A stretch of DNA of 64,000 nucleotides from Spizellomyces punctatus DAOM BR117 (Eukaryota). The notes beneath the pieces were generated by a model. The model was given only the letters and a program-made list of their open reading frames with translations. It did not search any database and had not been told where the DNA came from. The stretch lies in assembly GCA_000182565.2 (NCBI GenBank), contig KQ257452.1; one strand, 5' to 3'. This document shows positions 13,400 to 28,191 of this stretch, one piece after another. The translations under genes were made by a program, and so were the position numbers. Numbering within the stretch: position 1 is the stretch's first letter; each line of letters begins with the position of its first letter.

Positions 13400-16300
13400 A
13401 TGACCAGCGAGGCCGGACAAAGGCAGGAATCGCCAACGGAAAAGGAGGTGTGTGCAGCAGCTAAAATCGTTCGGGAAAAATAGCATAGCAAGTACGAGCT
13501 TGCGTAAAAGCTACTTTGGTTTTGAGCTTTTTTCAATTCTGAATCTTGCCCAAGCCGTAAATTGCCGCCCAAAACCTATGGGGATGCTGGATATCTAAGG
13601 ATGAAAATTGAAGGGAATTTCTCCTTTGTATAGATCGGTCAGTTCGATACCGCTTTCAATGACAAACCGCCACATACATCTCCGGCGCAGGAAGAGCCCT
13701 CATCTGGAGGTGCACCGGTAGCAGTGGACCTGACCCTCCAAAACAACAGCGCCGCCGATGATTCTGATTCTAATATTGACCGCCCAGAGAACGAAATCCA
13801 CTCCGACCTTCGCTTTTCTCAGCCAATAGATGAAAATGTAGACGACGACATTGACGCTTCCTCGGTCGGTGCCATGGATGGAGATAACAATTCCGACGTG
13901 GACTCAACTGGGCCTATGGAAGAATATTCATCACATGATCCCGACACAAAGAGCCAATTGCAGGATCACACATCTCTCTCCGAAAAAGAATTCGAACCTT
14001 CCCCCGTACAAGTAAATATGGAATCTTCAAATCGCACATCACCACCTGTAACGCCACCATCGTCTTCTCCTCGACGGCCGGACTTTCTGGACCGACGGCG
14101 GACGTATCAAGGCCCAGGCATATCCCGCCATTCCTCTTTCCCGTCTGTCCAAAGGCATTCCCGCGATGTGTCACCTGTACGAACAGAGTACGGCGGTGAG
14201 CAGGAGGCCGACAATGATGACGTGATGTCTGTTCGCTCAACCATGACAACCCATACTCTACGCGCAAACCGACCGCGTCCGGTCACAAAGTCGCAGAAAA
14301 TCTCCAGTATTCAAAATATCTTCACAGAAAGTCAGAAAATTGCATATGTCGGACTTTGCTACCTCAGCGCCGTGCATAATAAAAAGGCGGATGTGAAAGC
14401 ATGGAAGAAGGCCAATGAGTCGTACACCAAGTGGGCCGATGGATTTATGGAGCGACTATATGCATATCTGGATATAAAGGAGGAGGGTAAGAGCATCTTA
14501 CCAGTCGCGCTGGTGAAACTTGCTGCATCGAACGGGGATTAAAGAGATTTCTGTGACCATTTTGCAGAAAGAGTCATGATCAAGAGCCTTGCCGAGCACG
14601 GTCTTGTACCCTCCGATCTCTCTAAATCACTCATAGACGATGCCAAAAAGGCGGCACAGATTATCAAAGACCGACAAGAGCGTCGCCAACGCGCCGAACA
14701 AGAAGCGCTTGAAAATGGGATTCCCTTTGAGCTGGACGGTATAGAAGATTCTGACGACAACATGGACCCAACAGACATTCGATATACTATTTTGACGCAT
14801 TTGTTTATCCTGTGCATCGCGGATGGGCGGTATGATGCACGGAGTCGAGCTGTTCTGAGGTCGGTTGCAAACGACTTGGAGGTTCCGTGGCTGGATGTGG
14901 TCAAACTGGAAAGAGCAATAGCGGAGCAACTGCGCATTTACGAGGACAGCGAGGAAGTGAAAGGGGACGTGGAAGTGATAGGAAAGAGGAATGTGGCTGA
15001 TAGTAAAAAACGATGGTTATTTACCGGACTGGCCACTCTTGCTGGCGGTGCTGTTATCGGATTAACCGCCGGATTGGCCGCTCCTCTCATTGCTGGCGGT
15101 ATTGGGGTGGCCCTGGGAACGTTTGGTGTTACGGGGGCTACTGCCGCTCTTTCGACTACTGGAGCTCTGGCTCTTATTACTACAGGAGGAGTGCTTACCG
15201 GTGGAGGTAGGTAGCATTTAGTTACCATACCGTTCAAATCCAAACATCCATACTTCCATTTTTGTAGGCATGGGTGGGTTCAAGATGATGAAACGGACCA
15301 AGGGAATCACGCAATTCGAATTTTTGTACATCGAGGACGCGCTAAGGCTCATAGAGGAGAACAAGGAGAAGAGACGAACGGAAAGAAGGAAACGGAGACG
15401 AAGGGAGGCGCGCCAAGCACTACAGGACAAGTTGGATCAACAGCGAGTATCAAAAGAGGAGAAAAGAAAAGCGGCGGATGACCAGAATGCGGACGGAAAA
15501 TCCCCGATACACGAGGCCGGAGAGGGCACAAAGGGTGAAGAGCTGGAAAATGTTGCTGAAATGCCCGAAGAGTTACCACGCTATGAGCCTGCAAACCAGG
15601 ATAAGCTCAATCGAATCGGACATTGGGTGAGCATTTCGGAAAGCCAGCGAAAGGAACTCGACAAAATGACTGGCGACTCTCCTGGAAAGAGAATCCCTCC
15701 GCCTATTCCCAACAGACCAACTGCCGCTGAGCTTGCCAGCGTGGCAGAGCGGGCAGCCACTGTAGACGCCTCCCCGGCAAAATCTGTACCACCGCGTCTC
15801 GTTGTATCTACGACAATGGATGCGACTGAAAGCTGCGCCTCGTCTTCGATTCTCACATCTGGGGATGATCTCGGTCTGACACATGATTGGGGACTTGACG
15901 AAGGGCTGGGATTATCGGATGGTAGTCATGATGAAGGTGGGATTAATATCTACTCGGAAACCATGTATGGAGCCGGTGGGTTGGATGCAAACGTTTTGGA
16001 GAGCACTCTATTATGGGAATCGAGTCCTCAACTCCATAGCGAGAATGAACTCGAGCTGAAAAGTGTACGTAAGATGCCAAGCTTCAATCCTGGGGATCTG
16101 GATGATGTGGGAACCATCGACGAAGAAATGGCCGCTGCAATGTTCGACGATCTTCAGTCTACCATCGCCGGTGACGAAGATGATGGAATTCGGTTCAAAG
16201 AACCCGAAGGTCCACCGAAAGCAAAGCAAACAAACGTCCTCATAACTATTGCCGGATGGATCACCTATGGTCCCGATGACCACACCCTTCCGTTTTCCAC

Positions 16301-18188
16301 TTTAGAGCATGACGTGCATGGTGATCAATACGCTTTGTGTTGGGAAACAGACGTGCTTCAAGAGCTGGGCAGTGCTTTGAAGTTGTTGGTTGGGGAAGTG
16401 GCTAGTTTCCTTGTGCAGCAAGGACTGCAAGCAACTGTATTGTCGACCTTGATGATTGGACTAGCGGGGCCATTATGGGTGATGAAATTGAGTTACTTGG
16501 TGGATAATCCATGGGGAAATGGATTGAGCAAAGCAAACAAGGCTGGCAGGGTAAGTTGAGAGACGTGTTTGATTGAAACCCTGTTGGCAGCTGACAAACA
16601 GTTCTCCTTTCAGGTTCTTGCCGACACTTTAATGCAAGGCGTGCAAGAAAACCGACCAGTCAGTCTTATTGGATTCTCCTTGGGTGCGCGTGTCATCTTT
16701 CACTGCCTTCTCGAATTGGCGTCTCGTGGAGCGTATGGTATTGTTGAGGACGTTTATTTGCTCGGCTGCCCCGTAATGGCGCAGAAAAACGAATGGGAGC
16801 AGATTGCCTCCGTCGTAAGCGGCCGTCTTGTTAACGGCTATTCGACCAACGATATGGTGCTCGGCGTCCTATACAGAGCGAGTGTTGCGGTGTGGAACAA
16901 TGTCGCTGGACTTCGGCCTGTGGAAGGAGTCGCCGGGGTTGAAAATATTCAATTGGACGACGTCATTCAAGGGCATTTGGATTATCGACTGTGCATGCCT
17001 AAGATATTGGAAAAGCTCGGATTTTCCGTTACCCGGGACTATTTTGATGATGAGGATGAGGAGGAGGAGAAAGAGCGTATGGAAATCGAGGAAGAAAAGA
17101 GAAAGGAGAAGGAAGAAAGACTGCGAGCCAAGGAGGTGAGATTGAAAAAGAAGCAGGAAGAATACGAGGAGAAATTGCGAAAGAAGAAGGAAGAGCAAGA
17201 GCGAAAGCAAAAGGAACGGGAAGAGAAGGAAAGGTTGAAAGAGGAAGCTCGCCGTAAAAAGGAGGCGGAAAAGGCCGCAGCAGCGACCTGGGCCGGGAAA
17301 GATACAAGCGACAAGGTCAACCGATTAAGTTGGTTCGCGCGGCGTAGTAGCGGCCGTGCAACGCCCACCCCAACACAGGAGAAGGTACCGGACGAGATCG
17401 AGCAGTTGATGCAGAACTACTGGATGCCAAGGGAAATCAAAAGCACGCTGCCGCCTTTGGTTATTAAATCGCCCGAAGATGCTGTCATTCCTAAAGAAAT
17501 CAAGACCACGCTTCCACCGCTTGTAATCTCTAGCGCAGAGATCGATGATGATGGTACAGATGCAGCGAGGTCGACAGGTACAGACGCACCTAAATCGGTA
17601 AGGGAAAATGCAGAGGGGAGCCTGCCCGACCTTACCTCGCCACCTCCAAGCTCATGCCCACCGGATGCTCCGGACACAAACGACGACCTAGTCGCGGCGC
17701 AAACGGAGCTATATGAAGCAGAGGCTGAGGTTGAAGCAGCCAAGAGGGAAGTTGCCGAAGCAGCGGCGGCAGCCGCTGCTGCAGCAGCCGGGAGTTTGGG
17801 ATTGAGGGTTACTCTCGAAAATGGAACCGAACTGGAGCAGATTATCATTGCGGCCCAGAAAGACGGTACTGCAGGTGCTGGCGCAGGGGACAAGCTCGAC
17901 GGAAGAGCTGGTATTGATGGCCATGAGAAGGACGATGATGAATTTACCGACGGGATAACGCCATCATCCCCGTCCTCTCAACCCATCGTCCCCCCAGAAG
18001 ACGCACAAGATCTAGGCGTATGGCACAAACGTAGTACTGAAAATATACCCGAAGGCTTCCTCGATCCTCAGCCAAAGATTGAACCAAGCCTAAAGAGTCC
18101 AGGCGTGCATTCGTTCATGTCCTCATCATCTGACGACTCAAGCGGTAGTGCGTTCGTGGACGCCCGAGAAAATCCATGGGTTGGATAG
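13400..18188 (+). CDS. DUF726/TMCO4 (Mil1-like) membrane alpha/beta-hydrolase-fold protein
   Basis: DIRYTILTHLF..DGRYDARSR, Gly-rich TM segment GGAVIGLTAGLAAPLI, LVDNPW, RPVSLIGFSLGARVIF, GHLDY. First exon 13400-13447 is inferred from an in-frame splice to 13634. Confidence 0.85.
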
Positions 18189-18515
18189 AATCAATGATGT
18201 ATGTATTCACAGTGTATCTGTAGCTTAGCGGATGAAATGGGGAATGGGTGGCATGGATTTGATAGAGATGACGCCTATTTTTTTTATCTATATTTTTCTT
18301 TTTTTTTGATATCATCCACCTTCTCCGATGCCAAGCTATCCATCTTGCATCGTCCATCTTTGTAATACACGTATCTTTACAGGACAAATCAGTCCACCCT
18401 TTCAGTCATGGGACGCGATGCATTTAGTAGGTGGATCAGTAGATATTTCGCTGCTTTCGTGTCTCGTAATATACCACTAATCAGTCTATTCATATGGATG
18501 CTACCTTCTAGAGAC

Positions 18516-19858
18516 CTATTTGCCCAATCCAAGTTCAATACCAAAGGCGAGGACGAGCTTCACAAACTCCTTCATGTGGCTGAATGAGATGTGAGAAATA
18601 TCGTCGCCAGATGTGTGCACATATGGACTCGACTGGTCGAAGGGCGCCTCAAAAGTGAATGTTGCCGGGTAGCCAGCGCGTGTCCAAGATGCGTGGTCTA
18701 TGGGAATTCAAAGTTCTAAATTCTCCAAAATCGACTATGAAATTAAAGGCGCCATATTGCATACCAGAGCATCCGTATCCACATTTCACATCACCCCAGG
18801 GAATGCCGCAATATTCCTTAGCAATGGTTTGCAAGAATTTCCTAAGCGGTTCGTCGATGAAGTCCGTCGCAATTCCAACAATCTCCTTCTTATTCGGCGG
18901 TTTGTATCCAGTCATATCTACTTGTATCATACCGACCACCTTGACACCTTCGTCAGCGTACTTGCGAACCACCTTTTGCGACCCAAGAAGCCCGCCTTCC
19001 TCGGCAGAATACCAGTGAAATTCAACTGGGCGTGATGGAACGATCCCGTTTTCAAGAATAAGCCGGAAAGCTTCAAATGTAGTGGTAGTACCGGAGCCGT
19101 CATCATCAGCGCCGGGTGAGCGGCCCCAGTAAGGGTTCCATTGGTTCACCGAGTCGAGATGCGCACCAATAATCACAATGCCGTCATCTTCCGTGGCGGA
19201 AGCGACGGGATTGATGCGAGCAATGACTGAAGATTGTTGCCATGGGTGAGCAAATTGCGTTACCGAGACATTGAGGCCTTTTCCAGCGGCGTTTGCCTTG
19301 TTCGCTTCTTCTTGGGCCTGATCAAAGATCCATTCGGAGGCGGCTTTGCCACTAGACGTCTTGTAGTATCTGGTGGTGAATCCCGTCAGCCTAGTGAGAA
19401 AGTCTTTCATGTAGGACTCAGATATCTGGTCAATGACTTGTTTCACGATGGATTGTTGCACGGGGGCCTTTGGAAGCTCTTGATAGTTATAATTAGCAGG
19501 GTGAGAATAGCATCTCACATATGAAGTCAGACTCACCCGTACGGGAAGTAGACACAAGTCGATCATTTTCAAAATCCAGATCTCCGTCCGTGATATCGAT
19601 GAACTTCTGACCTTCACGGATGAGGCCAAAAACCTGCCGAGAATATATGCTTGGTTCGGAGAGGGTTACCAAATTTCATAATAAACAAGACCGCACCTCC
19701 TCTTCGGTCATCCATTGTGCCTCCGTTTCAGATAAAGATATGAGGCGCTTTTCACTGACATCAGACAAAGGGATCTGGTCTACGGGAGCAGAGGCGGCGG
19801 GGTTCAAGGCCAATAGACAGAACGTGGCCGCCGAAAGGAGGAGCGCTTGGGCACGCAT
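18516..19858 (-). CDS. Secreted M28-family leucyl aminopeptidase
   Basis: Signal peptide, IGAHLDS, PGADDDGSG, YSAEEGGLLGS, QVDMTGY, CGYGCSDH zinc-binding motifs. Confidence 0.92.
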
Positions 19859-20301
19859 GGTGAGCTGGCAAGTAAGGAACAAATGTAGGTAAGCCGAAAG
19901 AATCTACACAGCTCAGAGTTCTGACTTACAATCTGCAAGTTAAATGATTTTGACAAAACACCCAACGGAGCGATAGGACGCGCGTGCTTCTCCCCCTGAT
20001 CACGGGGGGTTGCAAGTTATGACGGTCAATAATCACACTTTCCAGTCACACTTGCAAGATAAACAAAAGGCCAATAAAGCAGATATTTTAACTGCATATC
20101 CCATCGATATTTCTATTGGATATTATGTCCAGTATCTTATAAAGGGGACTTATCACAGTCATTGATGGGGTTATATCCATTCTTCGTGATGTTTATTACT
20201 TCATCAATGTTAATAGAAAACAAAACATCACACTTTGTATGCATGTTGTTCCCCTTCCCCCTCTTCTCCAATACAGAATCTTGATTCAAGATTGAAACTA
20301 C

Positions 20302-21806
20302 TTATACCGCTGTACTAGGACACTGCCGCGATACAGACCCTGCTGGTCCGCCGAATGATTTGTCGCCATCGGATGTTCCCTGTCCTGCAGACTCTGCGGT
20401 GCCAGACCCGGATTTAATGGTGGCTTTCCTAGCTGGAGCAGGATTGATGTCGGTCTTGTAGATTCTGTAATTGAAAGCGGAGGAATGGTGAGCCTAAAAG
20501 ACCATCTTTTGAAATACACAGGAATGATACACACCCGTAAATGATAAAAGCTGAGACAACCACCATCAAGACCGGCGCACAAAAGTTCCACAGCACACAA
20601 AAGAGAATAGACAGGGGAGCATAGAGCATTAAGATCTGCCGTTGGCAGGTTGCGTAGGCTACGATGGCAAACACATAGGAAGCGAGGATAGCAATGAGGG
20701 TAGCAGTGACGTATAGAAGCTACACCAAGTTTATGAGCCATTGTCAACTGCAATTCACGCAGGCGGGTAGAAACTCACTTTGCGCCTAGCAGCCTCCAAG
20801 TTGTCAATGCGCCCTCCTGAGGCTTTTTGTTTCATTTGGGAAATATTTGCAGCTAGGAGTCGGTTGAGCTGGCGACCGAAAAAGCAGAAGGCCAGCATCA
20901 GAAAGAAGCTCCAGAGGCTATGAGAAACCAGAACAGTTAAGATATCAGCGGCGCAGCAAGGATGAAGGAAACTCTCAGTCGCTATACTTACGCCCAAATC
21001 CAGTAATGAGCTGCTGTCAGCTTCAGCGCCTTGTCCATATTATTGGTGTCAAAGTAATGACCGGCAATGCTACGAGTAGTATCACCGATCAGATGAGTTG
21101 ACATGTATCCTGATGCTCTTCGCAATTACACATACCCAGCCAACGTGTTAGCGAGAATAGCCGGTAACACAACCATGAGCAAGGTGAAGATATTCATCTG
21201 AAGTCCAGAAGGCAGGTATATTTTCGCCATTGTGGGATCATTGATGGTTTCGGGTGTCGCAAAAATTCTGAAGGGAAAAAGTTGACCGGCTGCTATGAGG
21301 GCTGGGTAACATGCCAATGCGAGTCCCTATCATATAACTCACATTCCGATGAGATATAAGGCGATACCGCCGTAGCCAAATCCCCATGGCCATTCATGAA
21401 ATGCCTCCATAATATAACCTTCATTGGAAACTACCCCATATCCCAGGGTGCCCGAAATCATCATAGCGCAAAATACAGTCCGTCCTTTACCGATGAAAAA
21501 AGAGCACGTAAATAACGACACTCAAGAATCACCCTATGAGAAGCACGACTTACCTATGATAAATATGGTTACGCTTGCCACATATGCCTCCATCGGACGC
21601 GGTTTGAATACCCCATCCTCAAACTTATATATCGGCCGACGTTTTACGATGACCAAGTAGTATAACAACCCAGAATAAACGATAGTTGTGATGACACTGA
21701 GGATAAGATTGGCGACGTACAATCCCCAGACAATTTCGCCTTCAGTGCCGTAAATCGAAACCCGCCAGTCGGCAGAGGGATGGAAGGGATTCGTAAGGTA
21801 ATTCAT
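20302..21806 (-). CDS. Multi-pass (about 7 TM) membrane protein, GPCR-like, unknown function
   Basis: Several short exons each encoding hydrophobic helices, joined at GT-AG introns, ending in a Ser/Gly-rich cytoplasmic tail. No recognisable family motif. Confidence 0.6.
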
Positions 21807-23334
21807 TCTCGTCGGCAAGTTCTCTAACCTCTACTGTTACGTGTGGAGACGGACGATGCGCTTCCGCACTTTATATTTGTTTGGCAATAATCGTTATTTA
21901 TGTTTATTTTCACATGGGGAATAGGGTTTCTCGCTCAGCATTTTTTGACGCCATTGCCAAGCGTTTGTGGGCCGAGTTATCTATTGTGCTTCGGAGTAAT
22001 GTAAAGATCGGGAAGCGCATAATTAAGGTTGACCAATGGATCAAATGCCTGATCCTTGGAAAAGTCAAGTTTCCAACAATGTTGTGGGTAAATATATCGG
22101 GAATGAACAATACCAAATGTTAGCCTCGTGCCTTAACCCATGGCCACCCACGGAGAGACCAGGGCTTTATCCTAAAAAAACATGTTCCCGGAACCCGCAG
22201 AGAACTACGTAGCGCACGCTCCCCAGTCGTTCTCCATGCTCAGAAATAGAAACAAGAAGGTTTGGATCTGCGCTATTTATCGAGCTATATTATCCAAGCC
22301 TTTTGACTAATGATAGTGGCTCCGTTTCTCGTTAACAAGCATAACTACCCTCTGCTTTTAAGTTAATCGTCCTGCGTCGAGATGCGGGACACGCTTAGAA
22401 CAAACAGTTACCCAAAATACTATTTTGGAATTAGCCATTAAGTTTGATGAAAAAATCTGGGTGTTTTTGTCGCAATGATTTATAATCCTATCTGGCTGCT
22501 ATCTATTAAGTTAATTTAACCTTCTCCATGACTTGCTAAGCAAGGCTGCGGATTACCCAATCTCAAAGCATTATTACCATCCCTAGGAAGGGCCCCACTG
22601 GTCTTCCAACCAGTGGTTGGAAGCTTGAGCTCTAAGGGCTTCCCCGAACAATTTGACGATCTCTGCCACACGCAGTTAAGCCAGAAGATCCTGATTTGAT
22701 GTCTCACATTCTGCGGGAGCTGCTGATGATAATCGCTTCAGAATCTTTGTCTTTGCTGCATCACAGCTGCGACTGGGCAAAACCATATGGACGAGACCAG
22801 TTAGCACCGTCGGTCGAACGCTGAGTTATGGAACCTCAACAATAAGACGCGATTACGTGATCTGAACCAGCCACAGTAAATCACATGATTTGCGGTTAGT
22901 TGGAAGGCAACCGGGGCGTGTGGCGGCTCTCGCGAGAGCTTCGCCAACTGTCGAAACGAGATTTGACCCAATCACCCAATCCGACGAAACCTCCAGCAAG
23001 CGCTTCTCGACATTCCCCCGCTGGGCGCGACAAGTTTCGACGGTCGGTCTTTTTACTATCCTTAGGTAAGAATCGCGTCAAGTCTTTAGGATGGCGTTGT
23101 GGGAGCAATGTGCGGGATGAGCGGTCCATGTATTATACGTTCGTATATGTTACTTTCCTGGAGGTATCTAGTATACGTTGCTTACTGGCTATCGCCATTG
23201 CTAATCAACAAAGATTGACCCAGAAAAATGGGACAGACACTTAATGAGTTTGCACATTTCCTCCCTGTTTCTGCTTTCTAACTTATTCAAGTTGCAGACA
23301 GAGACGCTTGACGCATCAGTATAGTTCTAACACC

Positions 23335-23883
23335 ATGGGTGCCATATTTTCCCGACTATTTTCCCGGCTGTGGGGGTCAAAAGAAGTTCGGATATTAATT
23401 CTTGGACTCGATGGCGCCGGAAAAACTACGATTCTTTACCGATTTCAAATTGGAGAAGTCGTGACAACAATCCCAACGGTCGGGTTTAACGTGGAAACAG
23501 TGACATACAAAAACATCAAATTTCAAGTGTGGGATCTGGGTGGACAAACGTCAATTCGACCATACTGGCGATGCTACTACGCCAATACAGATGCGATTAT
23601 CTATGTGGTGGACTCACAGGATAGAGACCGGGTGGGAACAAGTAAGGAAGAGCTGGTAGCTATGTTGGAAGAGGAAGAGCTAAGAGATGCAGCGCTGCTG
23701 GTATTGGCGAATAAGCAGGATATGGAAGGAGCGATGTCACATACAGAGGTTTCAGACGCTTTAGGCTTGACGAGCCTACGGAACAGAACGTGGACGATCT
23801 ACAAGTGTAGTGCTAAGACGGGGGAGGGACTAACAGAAGCCTTGGATTGGCTGGTGAATGTTGTATCAGGAGGGAAGAAATGA
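23335..23883 (+). CDS. ARL1: ADP-ribosylation factor-like GTPase Arl1
   Basis: Myristoylation MG start, [26 protein letters not shown] (Arl1-diagnostic), NKQD. Single coding exon. Confidence 0.95.
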   Translation: MGAIFSRLFSRLWGSKEVRILILGLDGAGKTTILYRFQIGEVVTTIPTVGFNVETVTYKNIKFQVWDLGGQTSIRPYWRCYYANTDAIIYVVDSQDRDRVGTSKEELVAMLEEEELRDAALLVLANKQDMEGAMSHTEVSDALGLTSLRNRTWTIYKCSAKTGEGLTEALDWLVNVVSGGKK

Positions 23884-24962
23884 TTATCACTTTGAGACAA
23901 ATAATAATGTATAGGTGACAGAAACTGGCACTAGCTACTACACCAGGGAATAAACCAGCGTAAACTGGCTCGGGAAAAGCTAACTAAGCTACTACTAGGC
24001 AATTATACACGCAATACGTAACGGTTGGTTCTAACCGTATAATTGCCCACCACCACATCGCGTTTCTACTGGGCCTTGATCCGGAACTGTTGATTGACAT
24101 TGAAGTCAGAGTCATCGCATGAGAGTTAATATCGTCAGGGAGACTCACAAGCCGGAGGATTTTCAGTAATGAAGGCTTGGAGACTAAACAAGTGCAAGTC
24201 AGCCAGATGACAGAAATGACAAGAAATGCCATCGGTACATACCAACCAAGCTCAACAAATGTGGCAGCATAATAGCAGTTTTGTTAGCGGATCTGATTGG
24301 TTGCCGCTGGTTCTGATCGCGGTTGCTGTCGGGCAGTTGAGGTCCTCGGCACCACCACATCTGCATTCTCATGATTGGACCGAGTCGCAATGAGAGTTGC
24401 GATGTGGGTCATGATGAGCGTTTGCGCAGATGGTTTGAGAGTCGAGGATGGGTAAAGAGGAAAGAGGGAAGAGACAGCAAAAGGCCCCCTTTTTATAGAC
24501 CTTTGGCATGTGCCTCACCGCAGGTTGGAGGAAAAAAAAAACATTACATTAGCATGCCACAGTGCTTTGATTAGCATGCATGCCTCACCGCTTTGAGGGA
24601 TAGATGGGGGTGCTGATTATGCGATATGATTAACCGGATTATCCGGATAATAATGGGTCTTCGTGCCATTTTCAATCGCCTCCACACTATGTTGCTTGTG
24701 TTGGAACACGTTGACTAAACTGTGCCACTCTTCATTTTGCCTATTTCGGAATGTCCAGTCGGCAAACGAGTCCAGATGGTCGCGAGCAAACGACCAACTC
24801 TGTTCTTGGTGACCGTTTGAACGCTCCAAAGTTCTTCCAACATCTTCGCGTCCTTTGGCATCGCTGGTAGCTTGGTTCTCACTGGCTTGGTTTCGCCTCT
24901 TGCTAGTAGCCACATAGCACAGAAGCTACGGGGAGACCTTCGGACTAGCGTTGGGCGGGCAA

Positions 24963-27900
24963 ATGGGGTTCTTTGCGTTTGCCCAGCTGGACGAGGTTTA
25001 TCACCGCGTAAAGGCAAACGCTCTTCGTAACGGCGTTCCTGGTGCATCTACCGTGCTCATCTTTGTCAGTCCCGACGCTGACGCTTTGTGTGCACTAAGA
25101 ATATTGGTGGTGAGTGGGATCTTCATGGGAGGCAAAAAGACTCTTGCTGGACAGCACCCAGGAATTTTCGGTTAAAGGTTGTGGGGAAGGAGGTCATAGT
25201 GGATTCAGACAACTTCTAATGAGAAATGGAGCTATCAAATTCGTGAAGCTGGAACCTGAATGCGCGCGAACTCGGGACACGGGTTGGACTCCCTGGTTCA
25301 GCATCTGTTGGAGGTTTCTTGAAGGTTCCCCTTGTCGTGATATCTTCAGCTAATTGCGAACTTCCTCTCTCATAGAATCTCCTAAAATCCGACTGTATAG
25401 CGCATAAGGTGGTGCCCGTCGCGGGGTACACGGATCTCAGTGAAGCCAATGAAGATCACGTGGAAGCTAATGAGGAGGTAAGGCCTGTCCTCACCCTCGT
25501 TAACACTACTCTCAAATGCTCATTATTATTCTCTGAAGTTGCGAAGCATCATAATGCTAAACTGTGGAGGATTGGTCGACCTGACGGAGATGTTCAGCTT
25601 ATCAGAGGAGATGACTGTGTACGTCTGCGATTCGCATCGACCGTTGAGCTTGCAAGGCTTGTTCGGACATGACCAGGTACTTTTACACGTCAAACATATA
25701 CTTGCAAGTTTTCTCGTCATGATTTAACTCGATTGAATAGATCATGTTTTTGGACGATGGTGATGTCGATCAGATGTCCGATTTACGGGAAGCTGTAGAG
25801 GAGCTCGAGGTAGATTTAAAACATGTGACGACCTTGCCGATCGATTTCTGAAGCGTTGGATGTAGTTCGCAGAAACAGATAGTGAAGCGGACGAGAACGC
25901 GGAGGAAGAAGGATCTGACAGTGAAGCAAGTGCCAGTGAAGGCGAGAATGAAGATCCAACAGAGGAGGATGAAGTTGGGGAAGTGGATGAGAAGGTGCGC
26001 AAATACAGGAAACCCTCCCGAGTAGAATTTCGTCTCATATTGCTTGGATAACAACTAGGACGACGAACATCGGAAGCCAGGAAAGCGAAAAAAGCCTCCA
26101 GCGGATGAAGCAATGGAAATCATATCCCCACCAACAAAGAAAGTTCGTGCATCAGAGCGAAGAAGGCGACGAAAGCAGCAACAGCGGCTAATAGCAGAAT
26201 ACTACGCGGAAGGGGCATACTATGGGATGTCAGTTGCAGGAATAATATATACAATGGCTTCTCAGCTAGGGCGGGCATCAAACGACTTTGTTTGGTAATG
26301 TTCTGGGTACAAGTGCTCTATATATGTACATGTGGAATTGACATCTGTTTCTCCGAAAATTTAGGTTGTCCATCATTGGTTTAAGTGATCAGTACCTGCA
26401 CGATCGAATTGATCAACGTCGTTATTTATCACAAGTTGAAACGTACAAGGACGAGGTTGCGCGTTTTAATATCCGCCATGGCGGCGGGGACGAGAATGAC
26501 GATATAGACTCCCTCTTTGGTGAATCTGCGACAAAGTCAGGACCGGGATCTGCCATTATCCGGAACGCGGACGACCACGCAATACGCTGTGATGATGAGT
26601 TTCGGCTGATGCTATTGCGACATTGGACCTTGTATGAGTCTATGTACCACTCTAGCTATGTGGCTACTAAGCTTGGGATTTGGAAGGAACGTGGGCGCCA
26701 AAGGCTGACAAACTTGCTCGTAAAGATGGGGTAAGTGGCTTTGAACTTGCTTTTGAAGACTCGCGCATACTTAACAGAAACCGACTATAGCTTGCCTCAT
26801 AAAGAGTCACAGCAACGATTTACCGAAATGAACATAACGTTTAAGCGATCCATACGGGATAAGCTGTCGTCAGTAGCTCCCCGGTATAATATGTCCGAGA
26901 TTATCTTTCCTTCGTTCTGCAAAAGTTTTGGGTACAAGGGTGTTGTATCTGCTCCCGATACGGTATACGCCCTTACAGCTCTTCTAGATTGGGGGGCGGA
27001 ATGGATTACCCGGCATAGTGCCATTGCTTACAGCGAAGGCATGAGACCAGTGTCTTCAAGGCTTGGACGCCCGGGCGGTGGCAGGGACGAAACCTCGGAA
27101 CTTGGAACTGGCGGACTTGCAGGAGTAGGTGTAGGAACGCGAACAGGGATGGCCGCGGTCGCAATGAGAACTGGTGATTCAATACATGACGACGGAAATA
27201 AAAGTGATGAAGATGATGAAGACCTTGCGGAGGAGGAACAAGAGAGAAGAAAAAAAGAGAAGCAAAGAGCATGGGTCCGCAACTTTTATGTCGCGTACGA
27301 TGCTCTTGACAGGTGTGTTGAGCCCCATCCAAGTAATCAAACCATTGCATACCAGTGGTTCTTATCATACCATGCCTACACTCTAGCTTTGACATCCTTC
27401 AGCAAGGCATCCAGCTTTCCATGAATTTCCAAAGGATCCTGGTTCGCACCGGCGTGTCTGTTTTGGAGAAGAAGCTCACACAAACGCTACGGACTTTTCA
27501 ATTGGCTGTGCTAACTGGGGAAGGATTAGGCAGTGCCATTGATGGTAGCGGCGCTCTCACCGATGAGAACGACTTTTCCCTATTTGGCCGCAGTCCGGCA
27601 CATTTGGGACGGCTTGCCAAATTTTTAATGGATGCATTTCGGGTAAGGCGTGGGTGTCATACGGTCACTATTCATTGTCTAACCAGACACATGTACTATT
27701 CAGGAATATCGTCAGAAGGATCTTCCATTGGTTATAGCCGCTTTCAATACCGTTGCGGATGCCTACCTTGTCATTGGTTTTACGGGATCGACAAAAGGCG
27801 GGGTCGTGCGTAAGAAGTAAGGCTTGGACGATCTTTACCTGGAATGCAGTTACAAAATATTAACGCCCATTCGCATTCAGCACCTTTGGTCCGGCATTTC

Positions 27901-28022
27901 AAAGGGCAGCGCAGCGTACGAACGCCCGCATTCGGCATGACAGTTTTGAAACATCAGTCATGGAAGTACGAAAAGAAGATTTGACAGACTTTTTGGAGAG
28001 CTTGCAACTGTTCATGCAGTGA
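24963..28022 (+). CDS. CDC45: Replication initiation factor Cdc45 (multi-exon)
   Basis: VLIFVSPDADALCALRIL, VPVAGY, LNCGG, DSHRP, acidic insert, RLMLLRHWTLYESM, NFYVAYDAL, and FG.AF..AA.RTNARIRHDSFETSVME. Confidence 0.93.
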
Positions 28023-28191
28023 AGAGTTTGCCGCTTCTCGGATGTAGGCGTGAATGTATAGTAGCGGGGTGGACTTTTTTTTGTAAATACTGTTATCTTC
28101 TTAAAGAGCGGAATGGCGCTTAAATAGATTAATGGGATATATATAAATGGCTACTAAGGACCGGATATTCCATTTCCTACATACAAAAGCT

